A program made the position numbers and the translations under genes. A stretch of 64,000 nucleotides of DNA, taken from Eledone cirrhosa. Lineage: Eukaryota. Where the stretch lies: contig OZ024759.1 of NCBI GenBank assembly GCA_964016885.1, positions 19,282,001-19,346,000 on the forward strand. The letters run 5' to 3'. The notes below the pieces were generated by a model that was given only the letters and a program-made list of their open reading frames with translations, was not told where the DNA came from and did not search any database. Positions 38,739 through 51,668 of the stretch are shown here, in pieces; positions within the stretch are counted from its first letter, which is position 1; each line of letters opens with the position of its first letter.

Positions 38739-39797
38739 AGTTATTTTTGCCAACTGAGTAGAGTGGAATAGTGTGAAATAAGGTGTCTTGCTGAAGGACA
38801 CAACGCACCACCGGGAATCGAACCCAACACATTAGCTGAACACCTTAGCCACTCAGGAAACCATGTGAGAGAATCTGGGAATTGATAAAAGTTAACATTG
38901 CAAGTCAGGTCACTCCTGAGTGCTACTGGTAACATGTAGCCCAGTACAACCTGTCGCATGGATGGATCGTCGGTGACTAAACCGGCAACCCCACCATGTG
39001 AGAGAATCTGGAGATTGATAATAGTTAACATTGCATGTCAGGTCACTCTTGAGTGCTATTGGTAGCATGTAACCCAGTACAACCTGTCGTATGGTCGGGT
39101 CGTGGGCGACTAAACTGGCAACCCCACCAAGTTTACTTGGTGAGGAGGGTGAATTTGGACACCCTGCAGGACAAAAAACAAAACCTGACAAAGGGCGGAA
39201 GAACTCATAAGAGTGAACGGTCATCTAAAAAAAAAAAAAAAAAAAAAAACATCCTGCCAAATCAATGGGTGGCAGTAGTTCCAGCTGCACTCATAGAAAG
39301 ACTGGTGTAGTGGTTCTGAGAACAAGGCGGCTTTGCAGATGATCAATGTAAATTGACAATGGAAAGGCTCTCCCGCTCGAGTTAGAAGAGAACTGTTGAC
39401 CTTCTGGAGAAGCAGCGACCCTGATTGTATTCAGCAACCGAAACAAATATGAAGTACACCAAATCCAATGTTCCTAGGAGCGGCCGTGGTTCTTCTTATT
39501 TGCGAGTGTAAACTCGGCCAGATTAGATTAGACGCATGCTATACTGAAGGATCACCTATACTGAAGGATCGCCTATACTGAAAGGATCAAATATACTGAA
39601 AAATCATTCCTTCCTTAATTAAGACGGTTGGTAATGTAAGTTTTAAAATATTTAGCTGTTATTTCTAACAAATCGAACGACCACATAGAGGCGCCTGCCA
39701 CCATCACCCCCACCTCCCTCCCTTCATTGTTTAAACGAAGAAAACGAGAGTTATGTACCTTGATGTGACTCAGTTGTCCACCCTTGGGCTTGTTAAG

Positions 39798-39939
39798 ATG
39801 GCTGACAGTTCGTCGGACGAGGGAAACGCAACTGCCGGGATGACACGATACGACGAATTACCTGAGTGGAGCGATATTTCACCTGTACCACAGGACGATG
39901 GACCATACCCCGTTGTAAGGATTGCATATACTGACCAAT
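39798..39939 (+). CDS. FNTA: FNTA coding exon 1 (protein farnesyltransferase/GGTase-I alpha subunit)
   Basis: MADSSSDEG...[25 protein letters not shown] matches the conserved W.D..PVPQ.DGP.PVV.I.Y motif; donor GTAGGT at 39940. Confidence 0.9.
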
Positions 39940-41470
39940 GTAGGTTGGCTGAACTAAATTAATGTATCTTTTGTTGTGTTTATTCACCATTAGTTGTACA
40001 CGCTTGGCTAGCTTGTCTGTTGAATGGAAAGTGTATACATACATACATCCAAATATATATACACATAATGTGCTTGCATGTTTGTGCATATATATATAAG
40101 ATCCCTGCCAAACACCACTATACAGTCATATATATATATATAGTCGTGTTTGGCAGAGTTCTTTTAACACGCACATCCATCTAAACATGATACTAATAAG
40201 GCTTTTTTGTATATGTTTTTGTGTTGTCATTTCGTTAACTATATATATATATATATATATATACATACATACATACGTGTGTGTTTAGAAAGAGAGGAAT
40301 ATATACAGATTTTTTTTTTAAATCCATCCCAAAAAGTTAATTACCCCCACCCTCTTTAATTCCAGAAAATACTTCAACCGCCCCCACTACCACCACTCTC
40401 TCCATATCTTCTCAGACATTCTATGTAGAACTGCAACAGAATCATAAATACTGCTCCTACTTCCAGGACACTGTTGCTAGTAATAGTAAGGTGGTGGATT
40501 GGCAGTCTCGGTAGAGCGTCGGACAGCATGCTTTGCGACATGTAGTTACGCCTCTTTACGATCTGAGTTCAAATCCTGCCGAGGTTAACTTTGCCTTTCA
40601 TCCTTAGCGGGTCGATAAAATAAAGTACCAGTAACGTACTATGGTCGATTTAATCGGCTTTCCCCTCCCCAAACCCTGTTGGCCTTTGTCTATTAGTGAA
40701 TTGGCAGAATCGGTAGAGCGTCGGACATGCTTTGCGACATATAGTTACGTCTCTTTACGTTCTGAGTTCAAATCCTACCGATGTTAGCCCCTCCCCCAAA
40801 ACGGTTGGCCTCGTGTCTAAATCAGAAACTTTTTATTAATATTAGTCGATTGGCAGTGCCGGTAGAGCGTCGGAGATGCTTTGCGGCACAGAGTTACGTC
40901 TCTTTACGTTCTGAGTTCAAATACTGCCGATATTAGCTTTGCCTTACATCCTTAACGGGGTCGATAAAATAAAGTACCAGTAACGTACTGAGATCGACTT
41001 CGGTGACATACCCCTTCCCTTCAAATTGCTGTCCTTTTGCCAACAACAGAAACAATTATTACTGTTGTTGTTGTTTCCAACACTCTAACCATTCGAGAAA
41101 GAGAGAGGGCTAGTGTTACGGATGATGTTGGAGATATAGATATTGCTGTGTGGTTGGAAAACTCGCTTTGTAACCACGTGTGTTTCCATTTGCCATTCCA
41201 CTTAGCGACGTTTTAGCCAAGTAGTCTTTCTGCTATACTAACCCAGCGTTGAATAAAATCATGTAAATGGGATTCGGTAGATTGTAACTATGTTGAAGCC
41301 CCTCGTGTGTGTATATCAGCATTTGTATCTTTTGCCATAGCGCCACCCCCTCCATAATTGCGAAGAAAACGGTGTCCTTAGCGCACAGTCCCTTCTGTTA
41401 TAAAAGCACCCTGATCACTATACAACACCAGAAACGTTGTGCACCAGCTGGAAATATAAGACTATTGCTG

Positions 41471-41554
<84 letters not shown>

Positions 41555-41574
41555 TATAAAATAGATTAAAATTT

Positions 41575-41663
41575 AGCAAAGAATCGCTGCTTTCACCCTT
41601 AACGGGATCTTCTGAAACAGTTTCAGAAGATCACGTTAAGGGTGAAAGCAGCGATTCTTTGCT
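41575..41663. repeat. Palindrome with HHR-like core variant (CAGAAGA-T-CCC-GTTAA-GGG-T-GAAA)
   Basis: 44-bp arms centred at 41619. Confidence 0.6.
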
Positions 41664-42657
41664 TAAACCTTTAATCTGTTCGTATAATAAATATTTGCTC
41701 TACGGGTTTATATATATATAATCCTTATCGAGCCCTTTTCGAATCTTAGTCTTCACATTTATTATTACTATATATGTGTATGTATATATATATAACAGCG
41801 ATGAATTAGTTTTGCGAGGTTTTTGATATGAAATCGTGTGTCGAAACAAAAATTGTTATACTTGGGAAGGGTCATATTTGTGTAATAATATTGCCAGAAT
41901 TAATAACAGAACACACTCACTATATATATATATAGCGATTGTAGCGTCCAGTTACTGTAGGTTCGCCAGAGAGAGCACTCGATGCATAGTTTCCAGTCAG
42001 TATAGAGGTGTAGAACTAAGCAGAGTGTAATAATAATAGTAATAGTAATAATAATGAAAAGGACGATTAGTTATGTCTTCAGTAGGTTTATTGAGTAGTG
42101 ATGCTGATCAATAGTGAAACGTGCGTCTCTACTCAATAAACGTAATGAAGACAACAAATCGACCTTTTTATGCAGTATCAATAGAGGGTCAGACGCCATG
42201 CTTTGCAACATAGAGTTACAGTCCTGTAGTGTCTTAGTTCAAATCCCGATTAAATTTGCCTCTCGCCCTTCTGGAGTCGATAAAATAAAGTACCAGTAAT
42301 GCACTGGGGTAATTGCTAGCCTCGTGCCAAAAGTAGAAACAATTATTATATATATATTGTGTGTATATAGAACAATGAAAACAAAACGAAAGTCAGGGAT
42401 AGGTAGTTAATTATTTCATTGCTTTACGGTCGTTTCTGAAGATCGATATATCCACTATCTGTTTCTAGTCTCAAAATTCTTGATTGATCGACAGTCTTCT
42501 TCAGAAAACACTATATATATAAGCCAGAATCAGTTCTGTATGAGCAAGACATGGTCACCTTACCTAGCATTGCCCACAGCAGGACAACTCGTCTAACCCA
42601 TGCTCGTGTGGAAGAATAGATGTAAAACGGTGGTGGTGATGATATATGTATATACAC

Positions 42658-42704
<47 letters not shown>

Positions 42705-42756
42705 AATTAAGTCAAATATGTAAAATTTGGCTTCGTTTATTATAAATTATAGATAT

Positions 42757-42811
42757 ACTGCAATATATATTTCGGTGACAGCCATCATTGGCTGTCACCT
42801 CTTCAGGCAGT
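42757..42811 (-). ncRNA. Intact minimal type-I hammerhead, antisense in FNTA intron 1
   Basis: ACTGC-CTGAAGA-GGTGACAGCCA-ATGA-TGGCTGTCACC-GAAA-TATATA-TT^-GCAGT: 5-bp stem I, perfect 11-bp stem II, palindromic ATATATAT stem III. Confidence 0.85.
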
Positions 42812-42966
42812 TCGAATTGGTGTGGAAAAGACAGGAACTGGAATCATATATGATTCCAGTTCCTCGGAGGAATAACAACACAACCAGGAGCTGGACATAT
42901 CGATGTATTGACGGAGTAAAACACACTTCAACAACATGTGTACCTGTCTTTCCCACACCAATTCGG

Positions 42967-43021
42967 ACTGCCTGAAGGGGTCACAGCCAATGATGGCTGT
43001 CACCGAAATATATATAGCAGT
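42967..43021 (+). ncRNA. Inverted hammerhead copy with core mutation (CTGAAGG), sense in FNTA intron 1
   Basis: Same fold as 42757-42811 but with A9>G and one stem II mismatch. Confidence 0.75.
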
Positions 43022-43147
43022 AATTATTAATTTACATTACTCCAGAGTAAACAAACCAACCTGCGTACTTTGTCGAGTGCTCCAATCTGCATACTGAGGT
43101 GTCGGTAAACAACCAACATATACTCAAACATATATATATATATATAT

Positions 43148-43481
43148 ATCATCATTTCATTTTACGTCCGCTTTTTCCTTGCTTGCAAGGGTGGGACGGG
43201 AACTGATGCTGGCTGGATTTCTACAGCTGCATGCCCTCCCTAACACCAACCTCATTTACAGTGAGTGCTGGGTGCTTTTTTGCCATGGCACCTCTATGAC
43301 CACTTTGCAGTGGAATGATAGGGACCCCAGTCCCTATCATCTCATTTCTACAGCTGAGTAAACTGGAGCAATGTGAAATAAAGTGTCTTGCTCAAGAAAA
43401 CAACACATCACCCGGTCTGAGAATTGAACTCACAACCTTTCGATTGCAAGGCCAATGTTCTAACCACTAAGCCATGTGCCT
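43148..43481 (-). mobile_element. tRNA-derived SINE family B (CORE-like centre, RTE-like tail)
   Basis: GGCACATGGCTTAGTGGTTAG head, GAGTTCAATTC B-box, TTGAGCAAGACACTTT centre, (GAT)n tail; copies at 47415-47739(-), 53205-53547(+), 55376-55712(+). Confidence 0.85.
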
Positions 43482-43955
43482 ATATATGTGTGTGTGTGTG
43501 GGGGGGGGGGGCATCATCACCACCAATGTAAAGTTGTTGTGCAGGAGACATGGCAAAAAGCACTCAGCACACACACACTGTAAATGTGGTTGACGTTAGG
43601 AAGGGCATCCAGCTGTAGAAATCCAGCTAGAAACAGTCCTCTATGAGAGAGATAGTCACCCGACCCAACTTGCCTCTAATGGGACAAACCCATCTAACCC
43701 ATGCTAGCATGGAAGATAGACGTTAAACGATGATGATATATGTATGTATATATAGTAGCGAAGACCATATGAAGTTCTGCATAAATTTATTCCAATGAAC
43801 GTATTTCTCTGGGGTCGGTGATTAGATGATGTAATCACCATGTAACCAACATCATGAGTTCATCAGATAACATTTTTAGAGATAAGGACAAGTAACTTCT
43901 ATAGTTTATTGATTGGAAGCCTGGTATACAGCATGTTCCTATCTAAGCCCTTGTA

Positions 43956-43990
<35 letters not shown>

Positions 43991-44199
43991 AGTGTGTGTA
44001 GTGCATCGTTGTTAGGATGGTTGTAGTAATGTTGTGAGGTTTAGTGTTGTTAGTGTTGTGGTATTGGATCACCCTTAGTAAACCAGATTGAACTCAGAAC
44101 CATATGATTAGAAAACAAACTTTTCTTAACTAGTAAGTCCTCTCAAAGGCAACCATGTCAGGCTTTAGCTCTTCAGTTGTACAGAAATAGAGACAGGAT

Positions 44200-44520
44200 C
44201 ACTTATTCCTGAGAGGATTGTGGGGGAAGAGTCAACACTCTCTCCACAGCAGATCCTGTCAGCAGCAACTGTCTCCAACTGATCTGGCTGGATCCCGAAG
44301 TGAGACCAGCCAAGCTCATGGATGTTATCCAACCATCTTGTTCATAGTCTACCCCAGGATCTCCTGTCGATTGGTTTTGCCCATAAAATCTGCCCTTTGA
44401 TTCTTTCCATAGACATTCCAACTGCATGCCCATAGTATTGGAGCTGTGATCTCTCCATTTAGAGAAGTAACGGCTCTACTTGTAGCAATTCCATAATCTC
44501 CAAGCGACACACTCTATCTT
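44200..44520 (-). mobile_element. RTE-like LINE 3' fragment
   Basis: Homologous to the 27180-28630 element (SQLQYYGH..., WLDNIH). Confidence 0.75.
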
Positions 44521-44531
44521 ACATTTCTTAA

Positions 44532-47051
44532 CCCTTTAGCATTCACATTACTCTATATATACTATTATATTTTCAAGGTAAAGGCTTTACCTCACATAAT
44601 TATCTCGCATAACATTCACATTACTCTATATATACTATTATATTTTCATGGTAAAGGCTTTACCTCACATAATTATCTAACATAACATTTACATTACTCT
44701 ATATATACTATTATATTTTCATGGTAAAGGCTTTACCTCACATAATTATCTCACATAACATTTACATTACTCTGTATATACTATTATATTTTCATGGTAA
44801 AGGCTTTACCTCACATAATTATCTAACATAACATTTACATTACTCTATATATACTATTATATTTTCATGGTAAAGGCTTTACCTCACATAATTATCTCAC
44901 ATAACATTTACATTACTCTATATATACTATTATATTTTCATGGTAAAGGCTTTACCTCACATAATTATCTCGCATAACATTCACATTACTCTATATATAC
45001 TATTATATTTTCATGGTAAAGGCTTTATCTCACATAATTATCTCACATAACATTTACATTACTCTATATATACTATTATATTTTCATGGTAAAGGCTTTA
45101 CCTCACATAATTATCTCACATAACATTTACATTACTCTATATATACTATTATATTTTCATGGTAAAGGCTTTACCTCACATAATTATCTCGCATAACATT
45201 CACATTACTCTATATATACTATTATATTTTCATGGTAAAGGCTTTACCTCGCATAATTATCTCACATAACATTTACATTACTCTATATATACTATTATAT
45301 TTTCATGGTAAAGGCTTTACCTCACATAAATATCTCACATAACATTTACATTACTCTATATATACTATTATATTTTCATGGTAAAGGCTTTACCTCACAT
45401 AAATATCTCACATAACATTCACATTACTCTATATATACTATTATATTTTCATGGTAAAGGCTTTACCTCACATAATTATCTCACATAACATTTACATTAC
45501 TCTATATATACTATTATATTTTCATGGTAAAGGCTTTACCTCACATAATTATCTCACATAACATTTACATTACTCTATATATACTATTATATTTTCATGG
45601 TAAAGGCTTTACCTCACATAATTATCTCACATAACATTTACATTACTCTATATATACTATTATATTTTCATGGTAAAGGCTTTACCTCACATAATTATCT
45701 AACATAACATTTACATTACTCTATATATACTATTATATTTTCATGGTAAAGGCTTTACCTCACATAAATATCTCACATAACATTTACATTACTCTATATA
45801 TACTATTATATTTTCATGGTAAAGGCTTTACCTCACATAAATATCTCACATAACATTCACATTACTCTATATATACTATTATATTTTCATGGTAAAGGCT
45901 TTACCTCACATAATTATCTCACATAACATTTACATTACTCTATATATACTATTATATTTTCATGGTAAAGGCTTTACCTCACATAATTATCTCACATAAC
46001 ATTTACATTACTCTATATATACTATTATATTTTCATGGTAAAGGCTTTACCTCACATAATTATCTCACATAACATTTACATTACTCTATATATACTATTA
46101 TATTTTCATGGTAAAGGCTTTACCTCACATAATTATCTCACATAACATTTACATTACTCTATATATACTATTATATTTTCATGGTAAAGGCTTTACCTCA
46201 CATAATTATCTCATAACATTTACATTACTCTATATATACTATTATATTTTCATGGTAAAGGCTTTACCTCACATAATTATCTCACATAACATTTACATTA
46301 CTCTATATATACTATTATATTTTCATGGTAAAGGCTTTACCTCACATAATTATCTCACATAACATTCACATTACTCTATATATACTATTATATTTTCATG
46401 GTAAAGGCTTTACCTCACATAATTATCTCACATAACATTTACATTACTCTATATATACTATTATATTTTCATGGTAAAGGCTTTACCTCACATAATTATC
46501 TCACATAACATTTACATTACTCTATATATACTATTATATTTTCATGGTAAAGGCTTTACCTCACATAATTATCTCACATAACATTCACATTACTCTATAT
46601 ATACTATTATATTTTCATGGTAAAGGCTTTACCTCACATAATTATCTAACATAACATTCACATTACTCTATATATACTATTATATTTTCATGGTAAAGGC
46701 TTTACCTCACATTACTCTATATATACCATTATATTTTCATGGTAAAGGCTTTACCTCACATAATTATCTCACATAACATTCACATTACTCTATATATACT
46801 ATTATATTTTCATGGTAAAGGCTTTACCTCGCATAATTATCTCACATAACATTCACATTACTCTATATATACTATTATATTTTCAAGGTAAAGGCTTTAC
46901 CTCGCATGATTATCTCACATAATATCGAATCTATGAGATTTTGAAAGTATTTATTTTGAGAACAATACCTTAACATCAGTTTGAGTGACCAGTTACAGCC
47001 AGTTTCAACAGAAAGAGGTAGAGAATTCTGGCCGGTTTGAACATTAAAGGG
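44532..47051. mobile_element. piggyBac-type MITE containing a 73-bp satellite
   Basis: TTAA|CCCTTTAGCATTCA ... TGAACATTAAAGGG|TTAA (TTAA at 44528-31 and 47052-55). Confidence 0.8.
44539..46922 (+). repeat. 73-bp AT-rich tandem satellite, ~32 copies
   Basis: Unit CATAACATTTACATTACTCTATATATACTATTATATTTTCATGGTAAAGGCTTTACCTCACATAATTATCTCA. Confidence 0.97.
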
Positions 47052-47084
47052 TTAACACAGAATATATCTTTGTCTTATTTTCAG

Positions 47085-47199
47085 TCCAGCTCGTGTTTGA
47101 CTATTTTCGAGCCATCGTTGCTAAGAATGAACGAAGTGAGAGAGCACTGAAGCTGACCAAAGATGCTATTGAGATGAATGCTGCTAACTACACTGTTTG
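47085..47199 (+). CDS. FNTA: FNTA coding exon 2
   Basis: TTTTCAG acceptor; [39 protein letters not shown]; GTAAGG donor. Confidence 0.96.
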
Positions 47200-47782
47200 G
47201 TAAGGCTAAATTTATATTATATTGTGTGATGATGATGTATGATTTAATAATTGTTTCTACTTTAGGCACAAGGCCAGCAATTAACCAGTGCATTACTGGT
47301 ACTTTATTTTATCAACCCCCGTAAGGATGAAAGGCAAAGTCAACCTCGGCGGGATTTGAACTCAGATCGTAAAGGGACGTAACTATGCTGGAAAGCATGG
47401 CGTCCGACCCTCTAATTTACAGTGAGTGCTGGGTGCTTTTTTGCCGTGGCACCCCCATGACCACTTTACAGTGAGTGCTGGGTGCTTTTTTGCCGTGGCA
47501 CCTCCACGACCACTTTACAGTGAGTGCTGGGTGCTTTTTTGCCGTGGCACCTCCACGACCACTTTGCAGTGGAATGATATGGACCCCAGTCCCTATCATC
47601 TCATTTCTACAGCTGAGTAAACTGGAGCAATGTGAAATAAAGTGTCTTGCTCAAGGAAAACACATCACCCGGTCTGAGAATTGAATTCACGACCTTTCGA
47701 TTGCAAGGCCAATGCTCTAACCACTAAGCCATGTGCCTCCATCATATACATATATATATAATGAATTTCCATTCACACACAC

Positions 47783-48140
47783 ACAAAGATACCCAGTATT
47801 TACACCCTGCTTAAACAGTGACATCTGTGCTGGCTTAGTCACGTACATCTTATGCCGGATGGAAGGATCCCAAAAGACCTACTGTATGGGGGACTGGGCA
47901 CCGGAGCATGAGGATGACCTCATCTTCGCTTCAAAGACGTCTGCAGGAGGAATATAAAGACCTGGACAGCAAGAGATGGGACCGGGTCGCTAATGATCGA
48001 CCACGATGGAGACAAGTACTGCGCAAAAGGATGGAGTGAGGGGAGGAAAAGCTTGCTCGAAAAAAGAACAGTTGCACTGGAGGGGAGCATCTACAAATGC
48101 AGTCGCTGTATACAGGACTGCCATATACAGCCACAGCAGG
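47783..48140 (+). mobile_element. RTE/BovB-like LINE 3' fragment
   Basis: WLSHVHLMPDGRIPKDLLYG, PHLRFKDVCRR, ANDRPRWR remnants. Confidence 0.75.
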
Positions 48141-48971
48141 TGTTGTCTTTATATTAATTAACCAGGTGTTGTCTGTCTATCAATTAACCAGGTGCTATAT
48201 ATATATTAATTAACCAGGTGCTATATATATATATATATTAATTAACCAGGTGTTGTCTGTCTATCAATTAACCAGGTGCTATATATATATATATTAATTA
48301 ACCAGGTGTTGTCTGTCTATCAATTAACCAGGTGCTATATATATATATTAATTAACCAGGTGCTATATATATATATTAATTAACCAGGTGTTGTCTGTCT
48401 ATCAATTAACCAGGTGCTATATATATATATTAATTAACCAGGTGTTGTCTGTCTATCAATTAACCAGGTGCTATATATATATTAATTAACCAGGTGTTGT
48501 CTGTCTATCAATTAACCAGGTGCTATATATATATTAATTAACCAGGTGTTGTCTGTCTATCAATTGACCAGGTGCTATATATATATTAATTAACCAGGTG
48601 TTGTCTGTCTATCAATTAACCAGGTGTTGTCTGTCTATCAATTAACCAGGTGTTGTCTGTCTATCAATTAACCAGGTGCTATATATATATTAATTAACCA
48701 GGTGTTGTCTGTCTATCAATTAACCAGGTGCTATATATATATATTAATTAACCAGGTGTTGTCTGTCTATCAATTAACCAGGTGCTATATATATATATTA
48801 ATTAACCAGGTGTTGTCTGTCTATCAATTAACCAGGTGCTATATATATATATATATTAATTAACCAGGTGTTGTCTATATATTAATTAACCAGGTGTTGT
48901 CTATATATTAATTAACCAGGTGTTGTCTATCTATCAATTAACCAGGTGTTGTCTTTATATTAACTATCCAG
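48138..48971 (+). repeat. Irregular minisatellite built on ATTAACCAGGTG, abutting the exon 3 acceptor
   Basis: About 30 copies of TTAACCAGGTG with alternating TTGTCTGTCTATCA or CT(AT)n spacers. Confidence 0.93.
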
Positions 48972-49076
48972 GCATTATCGCAGACTTTTACTGAAAGACT
49001 TGGACTGTGACCTGAAAGTGGAACTAGAATATGTCTCAGAGATTATTGCAGAACATCCAAAGAATTACCAAGTATG
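48972..49076 (+). CDS. FNTA: FNTA coding exon 3
   Basis: [35 protein letters not shown] (PFTA repeat); CAG/GTAAGT. Confidence 0.96.
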
Positions 49077-50040
49077 GTAAGTGACAGTGATATATAAAAT
49101 ATATTCTTGGCATAAAATTTGAAAATGTGAGAGTCCCAAATGCAGAAATTAGCTGCAATCACAGTCGATATCTATAAATAATAGTTCAGAGTTTTGTGTA
49201 AATTACACTCAGAGATTGATGAAAAAGTGGACATAGGAATTATGTTTATATGTCCTCATCACCATTATCATCGTCATTTTACATGGCAATTTTAAAATAT
49301 ATCTTTTTGAAATAAAATTTTAAAACGTGAGAGTCCCAAATCAGAAATTAACTGTAATAACAGTTGATCACTATAAATAATAGTTCAGGAAATCGAGTAA
49401 ATTACACTTAGAGACATGAAAACATGGACAGGGGAACTGTGTATATATGTCCCCCTCCTCCACATCACCATCATCATCATCATTTTATGCCCAAGCTAGC
49501 AAAGGATGGCGCGGTCATTACAGACCAAGTCGGTACTTAAATCGGACTACTGTCTTCCTTGGTGTTGAGTTGACAGTCATTAAGCCGTTGAATTAAAAAT
49601 CCCTTGGTATTTGTTCCAGTTCCCTAATGCTCAAATCCTGCCGAGGTCAACTTTGCTTTTCATCCTTTCTAGGTAGATTAAATATAGTACCAGTTAGGTA
49701 CTGGGGTCGATTCTTACTCTATATCTCTTTAGCACTTTCTCTCTTTGTTTCATTTTCTTTCTCTGGAAGCCATCAACTATGTTCAAATCCTGCCGAGGCC
49801 ACTTTGCCGTTCAGCCTTTAGGGGGCGATAAAATGTAATACCAGTTAAGTACTGGGGTTAATTCTTCCTCTGAAAGGAACAAGCTATGCTCTGACTTTGA
49901 GAAGGATGGGCTCTGTCAGGTTTAAAATGTCCAATACACATTGGCATTTTTTGAGGCAATGTTTTACAGCCAAATCTCCTTACTGTTATTAACCTCTTTA
50001 GTCACTTCTTACAACATGCGGGGATATGGTGTACCTATTC

Positions 50041-50943
50041 TAAACCAGATACACACCCCTCTCATAAACCAGATACACACCCCTCTCATAAACCAGATAC
50101 ACACGCCTCTCATAAACCAGATACACACCCCTCTCATAAACCAGATACACACTCCTCTCATAAACCAGATACACACCCCTCTCATAAACCAGATACACAC
50201 CCCTCTCATAAACCAGATACACACGCCTCTCATAAACCAGATACACACCCCTCTCATAAACCAGATACACACGCCTCTCATAAACCAGATACACACCCCT
50301 CTCATAAACTAGACACACACACCCCTCTCATAAACCAGATACACACCCCTCTCATAAACCAGATACACACGCCTCTCATAAACCAGACACACACCCCTCT
50401 CATAAACCAGATACACACCCCTCTCATAAACCAGATACACACCCCTCTCATAAACCAGATACACACCCCTCTCATAAACCAGATACACACCCCTCTCATA
50501 AACCAGATACACACCCCTCTCATAAACCAGATACACACCCCTCTCATAAACCAGATACACACGCCTCTCATAAACCAGATACACACCCCTCTCATAAACC
50601 AGATACACACCCCTCATAAACCAGATACACACCCCTCTCATAAACCAGATACACACCCCTCTCATAAACCAGATACACACCCCTCTCATAAACCAGATAC
50701 ACACCCCTCTCATAAACCAGATACACACCCCTCTCATAAACCAGATACACACGCCTCTCGTAAACCAGATACACACCCCTCTCATAAACCAGATACTCAC
50801 CCCTCTCATAAACCAGATACACACCCCTCTCATAAACCAGATACTCACCCCTCTCATAAACCAGATACACACCCCTCTCATAAACCAGATACACACCCCT
50901 CTCATAAACCAGATACTCACCCCTCTCATAAACCAGATACACA
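50041..50943 (+). repeat. 24-bp minisatellite (TAAACCAGATACACACCCCTCTCA), ~37 copies
   Basis: Directly visible. Confidence 0.97.
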
Positions 50944-51129
50944 GGACTAAGCAAATGTAAAAACAATGTGTGTGATGATGATGTCAACAACAAAGCTTTT
51001 AAGGCTATTTTCTCTGCTAAAGAAGGGATTAGGCTTGTGGGCCCCTTGGAAAGGATGGGGTCTTTTTTTTTGTTTAGGGCATTGTTTTCTGTATATGAAA
51101 TGTTGCGTGTGTTTTCTCCCCTTATTTAG

Positions 51130-51240
51130 GCACCACCGCCAAGTTATCGTGGAGTGGCTTGATGATCCATCAGACGAACTAGGATTCACAGCTTCCATTC
51201 TTAGCCTCGATGCTAAGAATTACCACGCCTGGCAACATCG
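51130..51240 (+). CDS. FNTA: FNTA coding exon 4
   Basis: [37 protein letters not shown]; TAG/GTAAGG. Confidence 0.97.
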
Positions 51241-51286
51241 GTAAGGAGTCTTAGCTACATTACTTTGGTGAATATATTCTGCACTG

Positions 51287-51668
51287 CACCACCACTATCA
51301 CCACCTTCTCCACCACCTTCTCCACCACCTTCTCCACCACCTTCTCCACCACCTTCTCCACCACCTTCTCCACCACCTTCTCCACCACTATCACCACCTT
51401 CTCCACCACCTTCTCCACCACTATCACCACCTTCTCCACCACCTTCTCCACCACTATCATTACTTTCTCCACCACTATCACCACCTTCTCCACCACCTTC
51501 TCCACCACTATCACCACCTTCTCCACCACTATCACCACCTTCTCCACCACCTTCTCCACCACTATCACCACCTTCTCCACCACCTTCTCCACCACTATCA
51601 CCACCTTCTCCACCACTATCACCACCTTCTCCACCACTATCACCACCTTCTCCACCACTATCATTACT
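51287..51668 (+). repeat. CCA-rich 12/21-bp repeat (CCACCACCTTCT / CCACCACTATCA)
   Basis: Directly visible, in intron 4. Confidence 0.95.

Noticed and set aside
42420-42512. Minus-strand CTGAAGA...GAAAC-GACC-GTA
   Set aside because: Stem II does not close adjacent to GAAA and the core itself pairs with TCTTCAG; ambiguous.
48138-48971. Repeat-spacer appearance resembling CRISPR
   Set aside because: Spacers are only two recurring low-complexity types; intronic minisatellite.
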